NCBI GenBank assembly: GCA_030390025.1 | Contig: CM059431.1 | Span: 118,918,001-118,982,000 of the forward strand | Source of the DNA: Squalus acanthias | Lineage: Eukaryota | Direction: 5' to 3' | DNA: 64,000 nt | Shown: one piece after another, positions 51,464 to 64,000 of the stretch | How the letters are laid out: every line of letters begins with the position of its first letter | How positions within the stretch are numbered: position 1 is the stretch's first letter | Notes under the pieces: model-generated | What the model saw: the letters and a program-made list of their open reading frames with translations, nothing else | Databases searched by the model: none | What the model was told of the DNA's origin: nothing | Translations under genes and position numbers: made by a program

Positions 51464-52858
51464 ACCTCCATGCAGTAACTGCCTCAGTGCTATTCATACC
51501 ACCACTTAAATTCTGAAAGGCCAAGCTTGGGGTGGAAGTTGGGGGAAATGACGCAGGAACATTGGCCACACCCACACACTGTTACCTGCATTACGACAGG
51601 CTCCAGGCAGGTGCGATTGCAGACTGGAGGCTTTCCAGAACTGGAATCTTAGTGCAAGTTATTTGAGGTGGTACTGCAGCGGTAGGTTACACTGTTCTCT
51701 GCCACTGGTTTTAGCGCACCAACACTGCTCAAAAACAGGCAGTAAAAGAAGTAAAATTCCAGCCCTTTCGATGGTATTCCAATGAAAAGTGGAAAACATA
51801 TGTAATTCTGAAAGCCATTTGCTAAAATCCTATGTGAAATGTTTATTCTGTAAACTGAGTCATTAAATCACACTACAAAAACATAATTATTTTTTTACCT
51901 GAGAATATCATAATTTATGTGGTCACTAAACCCTTAATATGTCTTGCTCTAACCAATTCAGCAGTTGCACTGTGGTCAGTTCAATTGTTGTATCGACTTG
52001 ACACACTTTAACTTTGAAGTTTATGTGTACAGAGTCATGCTTCAGACCTGATCTATTCTAGCTACAGATTATTCTCTGTGTGGCAACACTGGATGAGAGA
52101 AAGACTATTTATCGTCACACTGAGGGCATAGGGATTTCTTATTTGTGAATCCATGTCTTTGATTTGTTTGCAGGAATTAGCCTCAGTGCTTTACCTTTTA
52201 CTAGAGAACTTAATCATTCCACACTGTTAAACAATTGCCTAACACAAATCATTTACTAATTAACTTTGTGTCTTTAATTTATCCTTATAATAAAATGTCT
52301 TGTGAACGCTGCAACTGTCACCTATGTTAACACCACCAAGCAATCTGTCAATTGTCTTCCTCATTATTGGCTAAGTGCCTATGTCTCTGTGCTTTTCTTC
52401 TTTCTAATTGGTTGTTTCCTTCTTTCTTTATACTTATATTATTAACTAATTATATTACAAAATATCTTTCTCGCCAATTTCATTTTTCTGTCTAATCACA
52501 ATCCAGTAAAAAGCATTATCTGAGCTACAGCCTCCATGCGAATATCATTCTCTTACTGTATATCCCTGAAAATGAAATGATCACATAACAAACACAAAAA
52601 AATGCAAAATATAAATCATAAATATACATACTTGGGTCCAACTTTTCCCTCAGCTTCAAAGAATAGTATGATATATCAACATCAAACTTCTGAAAATGCT
52701 GAACTCCAGATACATTCTCTCTGTTACTTTATCATTCCCACCCCCCCCCCCCCGCCCCAACCCAGCTGAGTCCCCAAGTAAGGGCTTCAGTGCAAGCAAG
52801 CAAAACACACATACACCAGAGTTCATCTCCGATGCAGAGGAATACACTGCCAACACTT

Positions 52859-53301
52859 CAGCTGTGGCTCAGTTGGTAGCACTCTCGCCTCTGAGTCAGA
52901 AGGTTGTGTGCTCATAGTCCCACTTCAGGGACTTGAGCACAAAAATCTAGGCTGGCAGTGCTGAGGGAGTGCTTTCCGGTCAGAGGTGCTGCCTTTCGGA
53001 TGAGAGGTTAAACCGAGGCCCCGTCTGCTCTCTCAGGTGGACGTAAAAGATCCCATGGCGCTATTTCAAAGAAGAGCAGGGGAGTTATCCCCGGTGTCCT
53101 GACCAATATTTATCCCTCAATCAACATAACAAAAAACAAATTATCGGGTCATTATCACATTGCTGTTTGTGGGAGCTTGTGCGCAAATTGGCTGCTGCGT
53201 TTCCTACAGTGACTACACCCCAAAAGTATTAATTGGCTGTAAGTCACTTTGAGATGTCTGATTTTTGTGAAAGGAGCTATATAAATGCAAGTCTTTCTTT
53301 C
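52859..53301 (+). mobile_element. tRNA-derived DeuSINE (SacSINE1-like), full length
   Basis: tggctcagttggtagc A-box, degenerate B-box, Deu-like core, gctatataaatgcaagtctttcttt tail. Confidence 0.9.
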
Positions 53302-53304
53302 TAG

Positions 53305-54310
53305 CTTGCTGGGAAGAAAAAGGGAAAGTGAAAAGAATTAACAGGAGAGAAGAGAAGTAACAGGAGCTCAGAAGCGAGAGAAAAAAATAGACAAACGAGG
53401 AGAGAGAAAGGGGTAAGGCAAAAGAGTAACAAAGAAGAGAAAAGGAAAGTGGAAAGAGTTAAGGGAAAGAAAGAAAAGTAAAGAAGCACAGAGAGGAAAG
53501 GTGAAGTGAAGGATGAGGGTGGAGAGAGGGAGAAACAGAAGTGAAGGATGAGGGTGGAGAGAGGGAGAAACAGAAGTAAAGATGACAGAGGGAGAACATA
53601 TGATTGCAGACCTAATATTATCATTAACTGTAGCTAGAGGGGCAAGAACGACCAAAAATCATTTGGTGTAGTGCACCTGAAACACAAACTGAAAAGGAGA
53701 GCTAGTCCAAAGAAGGTTAAGAACTACTGATACAATGAACAGCCCTAGTATGTGTATGTGCAGGAGTTCAATGGGTGGGCACTGTTTTATTTTTAATTTA
53801 ATTGGATTCACATGGTGGAGCCAGTGGAAGACAGTCTGAGAGGAAGGGAGAGTATCAGAAAGATAGAAACATGCAAAGGCTAACAGGAGAAGAGCAGATA
53901 AACTAGTGAGAGAGAGAGAGAGAAAAATGACAAAAATTACAGAAAGAAGGATAAGACAGATACCTAGAGAACAAAAGAGAAAACATTACAAAAACTACAG
54001 AGAGAGGGACAGAGAAACAGAGATAGAAGCACACCTGGGAAAGAGGGGAAAACTGCAGATAAACAGAAAAGAGAACATACTACACCAACTGTGGAGAGAT
54101 TGACTGAAGGAGAGTGAGAAAATACTGTAGAAAACATATTGCAGAACTGCAGAGAAACAAACACCTTTGAGAAGGAGAGAGAAAATGTTCTATTAATATT
54201 GAAATAGAGAAAGTGGAAGGAAGACAAAATATAGAAACCAAAGATAGAGTATAAAAATCAGAGAGAAAATATTGGAAGCACTAGAGAGAAAGAATACAGT
54301 AAGCAGAAAG
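53305..54310. repeat. Purine-rich low-complexity region with 35-bp tandem duplication
   Basis: gaagtgaaggatgagggtggagagagggagaaaca at 53503 and 53538, partial third copy. Confidence 0.8.
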
Positions 54311-54362
54311 AATAATGACAGAAATCATTTCATATTATTTGTCTAAACTAGTATTAGATAAT

Positions 54363-55106
54363 GGGCCGAAAATTGATCCCGGGACGCGAGAGTACGCACT
54401 GCGTACTCTCGCGTATTCCCACTCCAATTGCCGGTTTTCTGCATGCCCTGCGCATGCGCTGAAAACCGGCAATTGCTCTTCCGAAAAGGGGGCGGGGCCG
54501 GAGTGCATCGCGTGCGCGCTACAGGCTGCGCGCACGCTGTGCACTTCATGCTTTGGACGCGCAGGTAAGTACTGAAGATTTTGGAAATGTAAAAAGGAGG
54601 AGTAAGACCCGCTTTTAAGAAGGTAAGTAGTGAATTAAGTATTTTTTTGAATTTTTTTTTACAGGTATATCTTTTTTATAGACTTTAAAGACAGGTAAGT
54701 TTATTTTTATAACTTTTTAAAAGATTTTAAATTTTTTCAAAAATTTAATTTTTTATTTAAAATGGTTAATTTAATTAACTATACTTATTTTATTAATGTG
54801 ATGGGTTTTTTTTTAAATTTAATTGAGGTTTAGCTGTTATTTTGGGGGGGTGTAAGATTCATAAGTCTCTCAGCCATGCTGTGAGACTTATGAATGGAAG
54901 ATGGTGTGCTGCCATTGGCTCTAACTGAGTCACGTGATCCCACAGCTCGCACGAATTAACTACGCCGCTGGGATACGCAAGCCCAGCACAGCAGCTGTCC
55001 AGAACATCAATTTCGTGCGAGCTGGATCAGAAAAAGCATAAGCGAGGTGAGACATCGCGGGAAAGGCTTACCCCCGCGGGAACAGAGCGAGATCAATTTC
55101 TGGGCC
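54363..55106 (+). mobile_element. Non-autonomous TIR element, multi-hairpin type
   Basis: gggccgaaaattgatc / gatcaatttctgggcc, TSD AAT; at least 5 internal palindromes; AT-rich core with repeated aggtaagt. Confidence 0.85.
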
Positions 55107-55783
55107 AATGTGTTTCACAAAATAACATGAATTTATGTTATATGCTCCATTTTGACAATTAAATGAATATTTTGGGTTAATTTAAGTAAAAAAAAAGGGA
55201 AACTTTTTTAATAACCACCCTGGATTGCAAGTATCCTGAAAATCTGACAATATTAAATTTCGCAGCACTGTGACCCATAAAATGGATAGGGAAGAGAAAG
55301 AAGCTGTGGGGAGGGGGCAATGGGAGAGGGGGAGAGAACATCCTTGAAACCTGGTTGGGGGAAGGCAGAGAGAGAAATAGGGAGACATCCTGTTGAGGTG
55401 GAGAAATGGGGAGAGCCCCTATTTGGGAAAGGGGAGGGGGGAAGAGAAAGAGATCCGATGGATCAGGGATGAAGAATAGAGAGGAATTGATACCCTGCTG
55501 TGAGGGATGGAGAGAGGTAAATGCTTGAGGAGGCAGTTCTCTGCTAAAGACAAAGGAATGAAAGAGTAATGGAGAGAAACCCTGTTATGGGGAGAATCTG
55601 AAACTCTGTTGCACTGGGAGGAACAGTTGCTGCTAGGGTTCAGAGGGCATATATTGGAAAGCATGATCCCTCTGACTCACTGTGAGCAATACCATTAAAG
55701 ATCCAGTAATGATATCAAATATATTACTAACTATGCAGTAGTAGAATTCTTTTAGTGTTTTAAACCAGTAATATACTGACATT

Positions 55784-57562
55784 GGCTGCGATTTTACTTA
55801 CCTTGGCGGGTCCGTGGCGGGTGATGTCGGTGGCGGGTCCTGACCCCGCTGCTGGCTCTATCCTGCTCTGTGAAATGACTTTCTGTTAATAGGGCTAGTT
55901 AAGCCCACTCAGCGCGTTTCCCGGCCAATTAGAGGAAGTGGGTCTGGTGGTGTCATTTCATGATGCGTCGTCAGCTGGTTTCCTTAAAGTGACCGTGGCC
56001 AAATTTATCTTGACATTTGTGCCGTCAGTGTTCTATAGCATTGAGGTGCTGCAAACACTGACAATCACTGCACAGAAGTGCACGGCTGCATCCAGGTTCT
56101 CCCATGACTCCCTCCATATGTTTATGGAGGGAATCACAACACGCAGGGAGGTCCTCTTCCCTTCCGATGGGCGGAAGAGACCTCCCCAGGAGACCAACGC
56201 AGCCTGGTTGCACATTGCACAGGAGGACACAAGCTGGGATGTCATCAGGAGGACCAGGCTGCAGTGACGCAAACCTTTCAATGATCTCAGTAGATCAGGA
56301 TACATTAGCACAAAGCCACACTCACCTTCATCCAGATTTGCCTCTCATCACATCCCCATCACTCTGCCTTCCCTATCCTACTCCTGCACATCTTTACTCA
56401 CACCAACTTACCTTGCACTGCCATCCATCACTCTTTCTCTATCTACATTATCATATCCCCATCCCCATCTCACTATCCCTCATACTCACCCTCATCCTAG
56501 TGCAATCATACGTACTAACAACACACAAGGGTAGGCATTTGGGTGTTTTATGCAATGTTCATGTAAAGTTTCTGTTAATGTGGTGTATACATTGAAACCT
56601 TTATTTTCAACACTTTACGTTCTTGGACAGATTTGTGTGCACCTTTGGAAGTGGCTTAGTGAGTTGCAGTGAATGGTGAGACATAACAGTGCCCCCCGCA
56701 ATGGTGATCAGTGTGAAAGGAATGGCTTGGGCATTGTAGAGATGCTTTATAGTGTTGGTGTGGGGTGGTACCAACCTGGTGCATCATGTGGCAGCCAGGG
56801 TGTACAGCGTTAAGTAAAGTAAATCTGGCCATGGTGAGGCCATCCCTGGCGTCCTGGGCAGCAATGTGGTCAGGTGCTGATGTCCTCTGTTCTGTGCAGC
56901 ATCAGGTGATTGTGGAGAAGATTGGTGTTGTTGTTAGTGCTGCTGGTGTGCCTGGTGCTGCTGGCGTTGGGGCTGATCGTGGTCGGATTCTGAGGATCAA
57001 GGTGAGTGAGTATAAAGGGCAACCCATGTTGATGGAATAGATGGCTGGTTAAGTAGAGATGACAGAAGTATTCTGTCAATGGTGAGAGAGTTCTTCCAAT
57101 GAGGTGAGAGTGGTTGGAGAGTGGAAAGTGGAAAGCCTGCAGAATGTGTGCTGGAAATCGAGTGAGAAAAAGCTTCTGCCTGAGAAAAGTGAATATCAGT
57201 CAGGTGTGAGCTTTTACTGCACATTTGAAGCTGTCAAGTAATCAGCTGGAGCAATGGCCACTGAACTCCCGCCTCAGGTTGACAGCCGTGGTCTGCACAC
57301 AGCGAGGATCCCATGGTCATGAAATTAAAGACAAAAGGTAAGTAAAAAAGGTTGTTAAGCATCTGGCAACTAGATGCTAATCATTTTAATTAGGTCCCCT
57401 GCTGCTGCCGGTCGGGTCTGCTCAGTGTTGACAGACCCGACATTGGGAAAGGCTAAGTAGTGGCGGGTTCACAGCGGGGCCCCGACCCACTGTGAAAAAA
57501 AACACATTCCCACCTGACCCGTCACTGATCCCGCCCACTAATTCCCCCGGAAAATTTCGGTG
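55784..57562. mobile_element. Harbinger (B/C-related) double-deletion derivative
   Basis: Myb exon 1 (SRFSHDSLHMFMEG...RREVLFPSDGRKRPPQET), intergenic 3' segment, and transposase N-terminus fused to C-terminus on -; degenerate TIRs. Confidence 0.8.
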
Positions 57563-58916
57563 CAGCTGATTTACAGAAGTTACTACTCCAAAGTGTTGCT
57601 ATGGAAAGTTCAAAATCAAATGCATCATAATAATAACTTATTTTGAGCCCTATATTTGGGAGTTAATTTGCCGGAAAAAAAGTTCTCATTTAAAGGACCT
57701 TACTTTTAATATAACCTTCTTCCATATAGTATCTCATCAGCTCATTCTATTCAGTTATTTCCCCCTTTGTGCTTAATAGTGTTCTTTTCTCTTTTTAACA
57801 TGTGCACAATATAGGTTCCATTTCTGATGAGGAATACTAATATACTTCTAGTTTTTTCAGCATCTACTCTGTGCTGTTACTAAGCCTTTAAATGTACCAA
57901 GTTTAAAATGCGCTACTCTTCTCATCTCTGCTTAGATTAGCTCCGTTGAGAATTCAATTGCTTCACGGTAATGATGAGGTTTGTCTTCGTGACAGTAAAT
58001 GCCAATCCTGCACCTCAATTTATGAGTTTTTAATAGATAGGTGAGATGAGCTCATGAATCATCATGAAAAACATTAGCTTGTACCAAATACTTTCATTAC
58101 CTCTGCATATGTAAAATACAGAATTACATAAACACATCTCTAACAATATATTTAGCTAGAAAATCTGAACTATGATGGAGTAGCATGTAGATGATTCATG
58201 AAGCATGGTTTATATTTTTGGGTTATTACACTACACCAACCCAGTATATGCATAATGTGTGGATAATTTATAGCCAGAGATTGGACAGAAAACTTATGTG
58301 ATGTTCCTTGACTTTGGAAGGCATTAGAATAAATGTTTTACTAAACTGTGACTGTGTCAAACAAGTTTATTGAACAGTAAATGGATAATTTAACTATAGT
58401 ACTGGCACTCTGTAGATTTTGCCGTAGGTTTGGATTTAACCATCTCTCCTCAAATTGGTAGAAAGTAACAGTTGTATCTTCTGGGCTAAGCTGCAATGTA
58501 AGTTTTAACTTAACTGGAGTTGTTTTTGTTAACCGTCCATGGAGTCTCTCTGGCCTATCTCTCTCTCTCTGATGGCTTTAGACAAACTATTCAATTTTAC
58601 AAGACAGGCTGGGAAATACTATTCTAACAATAACTTGGAGAAAGAAACTGTAAATGTATGTGTGTTAAACCCAAAAAGAACAACCAATTATGCATACATT
58701 CCAACAAAACCTAGAAGATGCTTATATTTGAATTGAATGACCGGTCCTCTCCCTTGAATAATTGCCTAGGCAATAACATCTGATTATGTATCAAAGCAAG
58801 TTAGACCGTTTTCTGTAAGTGAGCCTGCCTTGTAACCCCCATAAACAACAGGACAGGAAGAAAGGAACCAATGCTATAATATGTCATGGTCAAAAATAGT
58901 CACAAGTTTAGAAAGG

Positions 58917-59022
58917 AAGAAAGAACTTGCATTTGTCTTTCATGACCTCAGGACATTGGAAAACGCTTCACAACCAATGAAGTACTTTTAGAAGTGTTGT
59001 CACTATTATAATCTAGGCAATG
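58917..59022 (-). mobile_element. SacSINE1-like 3' tail fragment
   Basis: aagaaagaacttgcattt...gacctcaggac...ccaatgaagtactttt. Confidence 0.65.
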
Positions 59023-59099
59023 TTGTAATTATGAGTAGAATTTGCATGTTTTCAATTTAAAATTAAAGTTAATAAAGTTTTTTTAATTTTAAAACAGTA

Positions 59100-60430
59100 C
59101 ATAAGAAGAAAATAAAAAGTCAAGGGCAAGAAAAATGTATTCGGTCCATCAAAGCTTCTCCAACTCACTAAGCCCAGCATCCAATTGCATTTTGAGCTGC
59201 CCTATGTCTTTGATTTTACTGCTTTGCTGGGTAGATGATTTCAAACATTCCAGCAAAGACATTTTTACTAATATCGGGCTTATATTTACTTTTCACTGAT
59301 TTAAATGTTATGTTCTCTTGTCCTACAGGCCTGGCTTAACTTGAAGGAGTATTCTGGTTTCATTTTACCAGTGCCATTTAATACTTTAATAAATTCAACT
59401 TGTGGCAGTATGTATTGTGCCTGCGAAACAGACGGCCAGGAGGTGAAAATCAAGGAGGGGACATCTCAGCCTCCACTTTTGACTCTGGCCTCAGGCCGTC
59501 ACGGACCAGCGCATGAAACAATTGCTTTGCTGACTTATCGCCTGTTTCAGGCGCAAGTCCAATTGTTCCCCCGTTAACCCTAATGAGTGCTCCCTTTAAA
59601 CTTTTTCTGTAGGCTGCAACGCTTAACCTTCTCTTGTTGCTTATCATACCCCATCCCATTCTCACTTGGGATCATTGTTATTGCTATTCTGTGCGTTGTC
59701 TCCAATGCATGTGCATCCCTTTTGAAATCTGAAGAATGGAATTGCGCACAGCACTCATAAATGTAGTCTAACCAGTGCATTGTAAAGACTGTGTGCAACC
59801 TCTGTAGACTTCTACTGGTAAATGTTATATTTTAGTGCTCCCAGCACAGTGTGTCACATGATGGGAGAACCTATTGGGAATTCAAGCCTAGGTTTTTCAC
59901 GATATTCCTCCATTACTTTTAATTGACATAAATTTTTGCCGGGTGTGCTGATCGTCCTGCCTGAAATCCGAGTATGAGTTCCCAAGAATGTCAAATCAGC
60001 AAATTTAACCAAGAATTCACTGTTCTGGCTATGTATCCAACAGTTTGCTTGCTGTTTTAATTTCTTCCAAATTTTGTCTTGATATTGATATTGCTGAGTC
60101 TACCATCACTCCCAGATCATTTTCAAAGTCACTCTATGCTAATTTGATTCCATTCATTGTGCACCCATGTTGTTCATTCTCATAAAATCAACTACATTTA
60201 ATTTGTTAGCATGGAATTTAGTTTGCATTTGTCTATTGATTTTCACGTGGCCCATCCATAAGCGACGATTTCTTTCTGCAGGTCAGTAACTGTTTGCTGC
60301 ACCCCTACTGCACTCGCCATTATTGACCCATGTGGTACTCCACTCATTGGTGATTTTGGACACCCTCTTAGCTGTAAGTCTCTTTGATCTGATATGCTTG
60401 ACCTTGGTTCCTATGTTGGGACATTTTACT
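59100..60430 (-). mobile_element. Highly decayed CR1 remnant with small inserts
   Basis: HWLDYIYECCAQFHSSDFKRDAHALE...RIAITMIPS; GVPHGS-like motif near 60335. Confidence 0.5.
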
Positions 60431-60431
60431 A

Positions 60432-60788
60432 AAAGAAAGACTTGCATTTATATAGTGCCTTTCACGTCCACTGGATGTCTCAAAGCGCTTTACAGCCAAT
60501 GAATTACTTTTGAAGTGGAGTCACTGTTGTAATGTGGGAAACGCGGCAGCCAATTTGTGCACAGCAATGTCCCACAAACAACAATGTGATAATGACCAGA
60601 TAATCTGTTTTTGTTATGTTGGTTGAGGGATAAATATTGGCCAGGACACTGGGGATAACTCCCCTGCTCTTCTTCGAAATAGTGCCATGGGATCTTTTAC
60701 GTCCACCTGAGAGAGCAGATGGGGCCTCGGTTTAACGTCTCATCCGAAAGACGGCATCTCCAACAGTGCAGCACTCCCTCAGCACTGC
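60432..60788 (-). mobile_element. SacSINE1-like SINE lacking its tRNA head
   Basis: Reverse complement of 52955-53301. Confidence 0.85.
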
Positions 60789-61486
60789 CTACGTTAAAGG
60801 TGCTATATAAATGAAACTTGTTGTTGTTGTTCCTGATATGTGCATTATCGATTTGCTTTAACCTGTTATTGCTGCTTGTTATATAGTTCATGTTTTTAAG
60901 ATTATGCCTGTTGCCATTTTTACAATCATTTTTTGACTTCATTATTTCTAAGCATTAAGAAGAGTTTTGTTCAACAAACCAAGATGATTCAGCTTCAACA
61001 CTTAAAGCTGTTTGGTATAGTGATTGCACCTTACAATCCTGCCAGTGCCTAATATTTAATTTTCATATATACGAAAGGACAGTACCACAGCAAACACGAT
61101 TTCAACCATGCTGTGAGACAGAGTGGTACAATGTTAATTTGTGCTTGTGATTTCCCACAAAGTGCATTCTTGATTTCAGCTGGTGAGGGTGCTGGGAGGC
61201 ACAAAGAAGAGGCCAGCTGCTTGTAAACTGATGGGATGAGGCAAGAAGTGGAGTGACAGTCACATTGGGCCATTCTTGTGCCTCTGCTAGTTGCTTGTTG
61301 ATATTGCCAAAACCCATTGGCAGAAAGTTTGCCTGTCACCTCAGTCTTAGCTGGTGCGTGATGCATAGTACATAAAAACTAGAAAAGAGAAAGGGGATAA
61401 AATAAAGGACTAACATTTAAAAACTGCTAAAACTAAACAATACTATTAAAAATGTTGTGCATTAAATGTAAAGATGTAGATGTTTA

Positions 61487-62208
61487 GTGCTGGATTTTCA
61501 TTGACCCGTGGAGGTGGGTTTGGAGGCGTGTGGGGGGTTAAAATTGCGAAAACTGGCGGGTGGGCACAAGCCCGCCTCCATCCCGCCTCCACGCAATTTT
61601 CATTAAATCGTGTCTGCTGGTCCCGACTCCGTCCCGCCTCCAAGAGGCAGGATAGGCTGTTAAGGCCCTTAACAAGCACTAAATTGCCTCTATAATGCCA
61701 TTTTGAAAGGCCTTTGTGATTTTAACCCTTTTTCTACGTGAAGCACGTCTGTTGTGAACCACAAATGTGAAACCTGGCGGGAGCACATTTGGATAGCTGA
61801 CTATCAGCTGCAGGTTCACGATTACAATGGAGATGTTGTAGTAGTAGTAGTTGTTGTACGAGGAGGAGGAGGAGGAGGAATATCTGGTAGTGGTGGTGAA
61901 ACAAAAATATCTGGGAGCAGACTTACGGGCTGCTGCTGCTCATTTTGCCTTCAGGCCCTCTCACAGCAAAGACCAGGCAGTCTTTGCAGACCTTCAATGC
62001 AGCAGCAATGATGACATCATCAGAGGTGACTTTTAGACTGAAAACACTAATTGGTTCATGGGTTCCCACATGCTGGAACTCAATTGCCCAATTAGGTGAA
62101 AATCGCATCAATCTCCCACATCCAATTGCAGTCGGGTGGATAACACGAAAAGTGGATAACACGAAAAGAACACGACCCCCAGCCCGCCCGAGTATTAAAA
62201 TCCAGCCC
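61487..62208. mobile_element. Non-autonomous Harbinger-like element
   Basis: g(t)gctggatttt / aaaatccagccc ends like copy C; repeated cccgcc motifs; CRE-like gatgacatcatc. Confidence 0.65.
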
Positions 62209-64000
62209 ATGGAGTTGTATGAATGTGTGAGAATATGTCGAGCCAAAAATGTGCTCATTGCTTCACATTAATGATATACTATTATCTGGTCACTTGCTCA
62301 ACATAGATCAATCCAATCCCAAATTGCAATTCCTTAAAACGCATAAGGCAGCCATGTTGAATTTTGTGTCTACTTTGCATTATTTTAAATTATTTTCCTG
62401 TCCATTTTCCTCTTCCCTTTCATGATGTTGTCATTGTTCTCTTTCTCAATGCCTATTTTTTAAATTATTTGCCTTTCTTGCTGCCTGGTCCCATTCCTGG
62501 GGCATGCCTAAAACCCCTAGCACCCCTGCTTTGCCTTCAGTCCCCAGTATTTTTATTATCACCTATTCCCTCAACATTGGCCTTGATTTATTCACAAACT
62601 AAAACCTGCGGCTCCATTTTAATTAATTTATCAACTTCAACTCCTTCTCACGCTGAGTCTGAGGTTACGATGTTCTTTATTACCAGAGATGTGAGCCGAT
62701 ATTCCTTTAAACTTTAGTCAGGAGATCCAGCGGTCTCTCTCCCTCTTTCAGGTTGGGGAGTGGCAGGGCCATCTTCTAAAAAATGGCTTTCATTCAAGTG
62801 GGACAGTTTTGGTTTTTGGCCCCGTGGGAGTAGGGACAAGTGAGGCCAACAATGGACCTGCAGTTACAGCAGCTAGCACATGGAAGTCAGGCATTACAGA
62901 GCTATCATTGGTAGTAGAGCTGGGCAATGGGACTGAAGATGTGTTACAGGGACATGCAACTATAACGTGACTAGTTTACATAGGAAAAATCATATTAAAT
63001 ATGAACATAGTAATTGATAATGGGAAAAGGGTGACACAAAAAGTGTTACACAAATGTGAAACAGGAAGTCAAGTGGTGCAAACAGGAAGAGACTGCAGAT
63101 ATAATTTTGTATATATATTATCGATATTTATCTATAATTAAATGTGACAGAGAAGTAAAACACAGGGAATGTGATGTAACAAACAGGAAATGCCTATACA
63201 TATTCCATTTTTATTAGATAGATAGATAGTTGTTCACAGCAGATCTCTCTCCTCCCTTAGCATAACAAAATGGTTCCTTCACCACCAGAGTAAATTAAAG
63301 CAAAAACAACACGCAACAAAAGCAAGACAGCTAATGGAAACACAAATAAAATGGAGCAACAGCAAGAAGAGAGTAAAAACAAAATGCTTGATGATCTAAG
63401 AATGGACTATAAATATAGAATAATTCATTATCTTAAAGTGGATTGTAAATACAGAATAATTCATTATCTAACTGTAAATATGCAATAATTAACGATCTGA
63501 GAGTAGGCATGTCTTAAACTGTGTAATCTGTGATGACTTATATTCATATACATAAATCATCAGCAGCATTCTCCAAAAACTAAAGTTAAAAGGTAATTCC
63601 TGTTTCTATTTCAAAGGAAGAACAAGTGACTTTGTTCTTCTGATTTTTTTAAATTAGATTAAAAGATGCAAAGTATAAATACCAGTCCCTCTGATCTAAC
63701 TTGGTGATTTTGTGTGGCTCATTGGCAACATTGGTGGCAGGTAGGGGTATAAATCGGGCACGTGATTCACTGTCCACTGCAACTTGCAATGTGTGATTAT
63801 GCAATCCTAATTGACATGCAAGATGACATGACTACTAGTGGTGATCGTTCACAACTGCACAACTCATCCATATAAAATGGGTACCTTGGGAATCCTGGGA
63901 CCTGGCCTGCTCAAGCAGGCTTCTTAGAGGTAGCTGACAGGTTGAAAAACAAGTGGTGAGGGTAGAATCTCCGCAGTGGTTTCCTGATCTCCCACCGGAA

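Larger units (their letters stand above)
48350..51765 (-). mobile_element. Old Harbinger copy: transposase remnant (~50070-51090) and Myb exon 2/3 remnants (~48370-49200), both on -
   Basis: AGFSQLQGASD, QYPGSCHD, GWLLGD, LKSCFKSL; Myb exon-2-like GGAP...AVGDGEVG; TIR-like aaaattccagccc at 51753-51765. Confidence 0.55.

Noticed and set aside
52859..52935. tRNA gene
   Set aside because: It is a tRNA-like SINE head continuing into the SINE body, with no complete cloverleaf.
53301..54227. Hydrophobic or charged ORFs in the GA-rich region
   Set aside because: Low-complexity translation artefacts.

Overview
Eukaryotic, repeat-saturated, apparently intergenic or intronic DNA. The repeat inventory (SacSINE1/DeuSINE-like SINEs, HER1/CR1-like LINEs, L2, shark-type Penelope termini) points to a cartilaginous fish; this rests on my recall of those families, not on a search. 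I found no host protein-coding exon, rRNA, true tRNA gene or CRISPR array, and every recognisable ORF comes from a transposon and is disrupted. Main contents: (i) PIF/Harbinger-like DNA transposons, including three two-gene copies (HARBI1-like DDE transposase plus a convergent 3-exon Myb/SANT gene) at 1-4220, 16118-20231 and 39010-43489, two deletion derivatives, an older family and about 10 non-autonomous TIR elements; (ii) two related ~1.7-kb TGTA...TACA solo-LTR-like elements with 4-bp TSDs (2062-3728, 9342-11044); (iii) Penelope-like terminal fragments with minimal hammerhead ribozyme motifs, two forming perfect fold-back palindromes; (iv) a near-intact CR1 ORF2 and an ORF1-less LINE with a SINE-like head; (v) many CR1, L2 and SINE fragments, extensively nested. 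Best candidates for something undescribed: the multi-hairpin promoter/splice-donor TIR elements with an ATAAT target, the long structured LTR family, and the SINE-headed LINE. Boundaries are exact only where a TSD is quoted.
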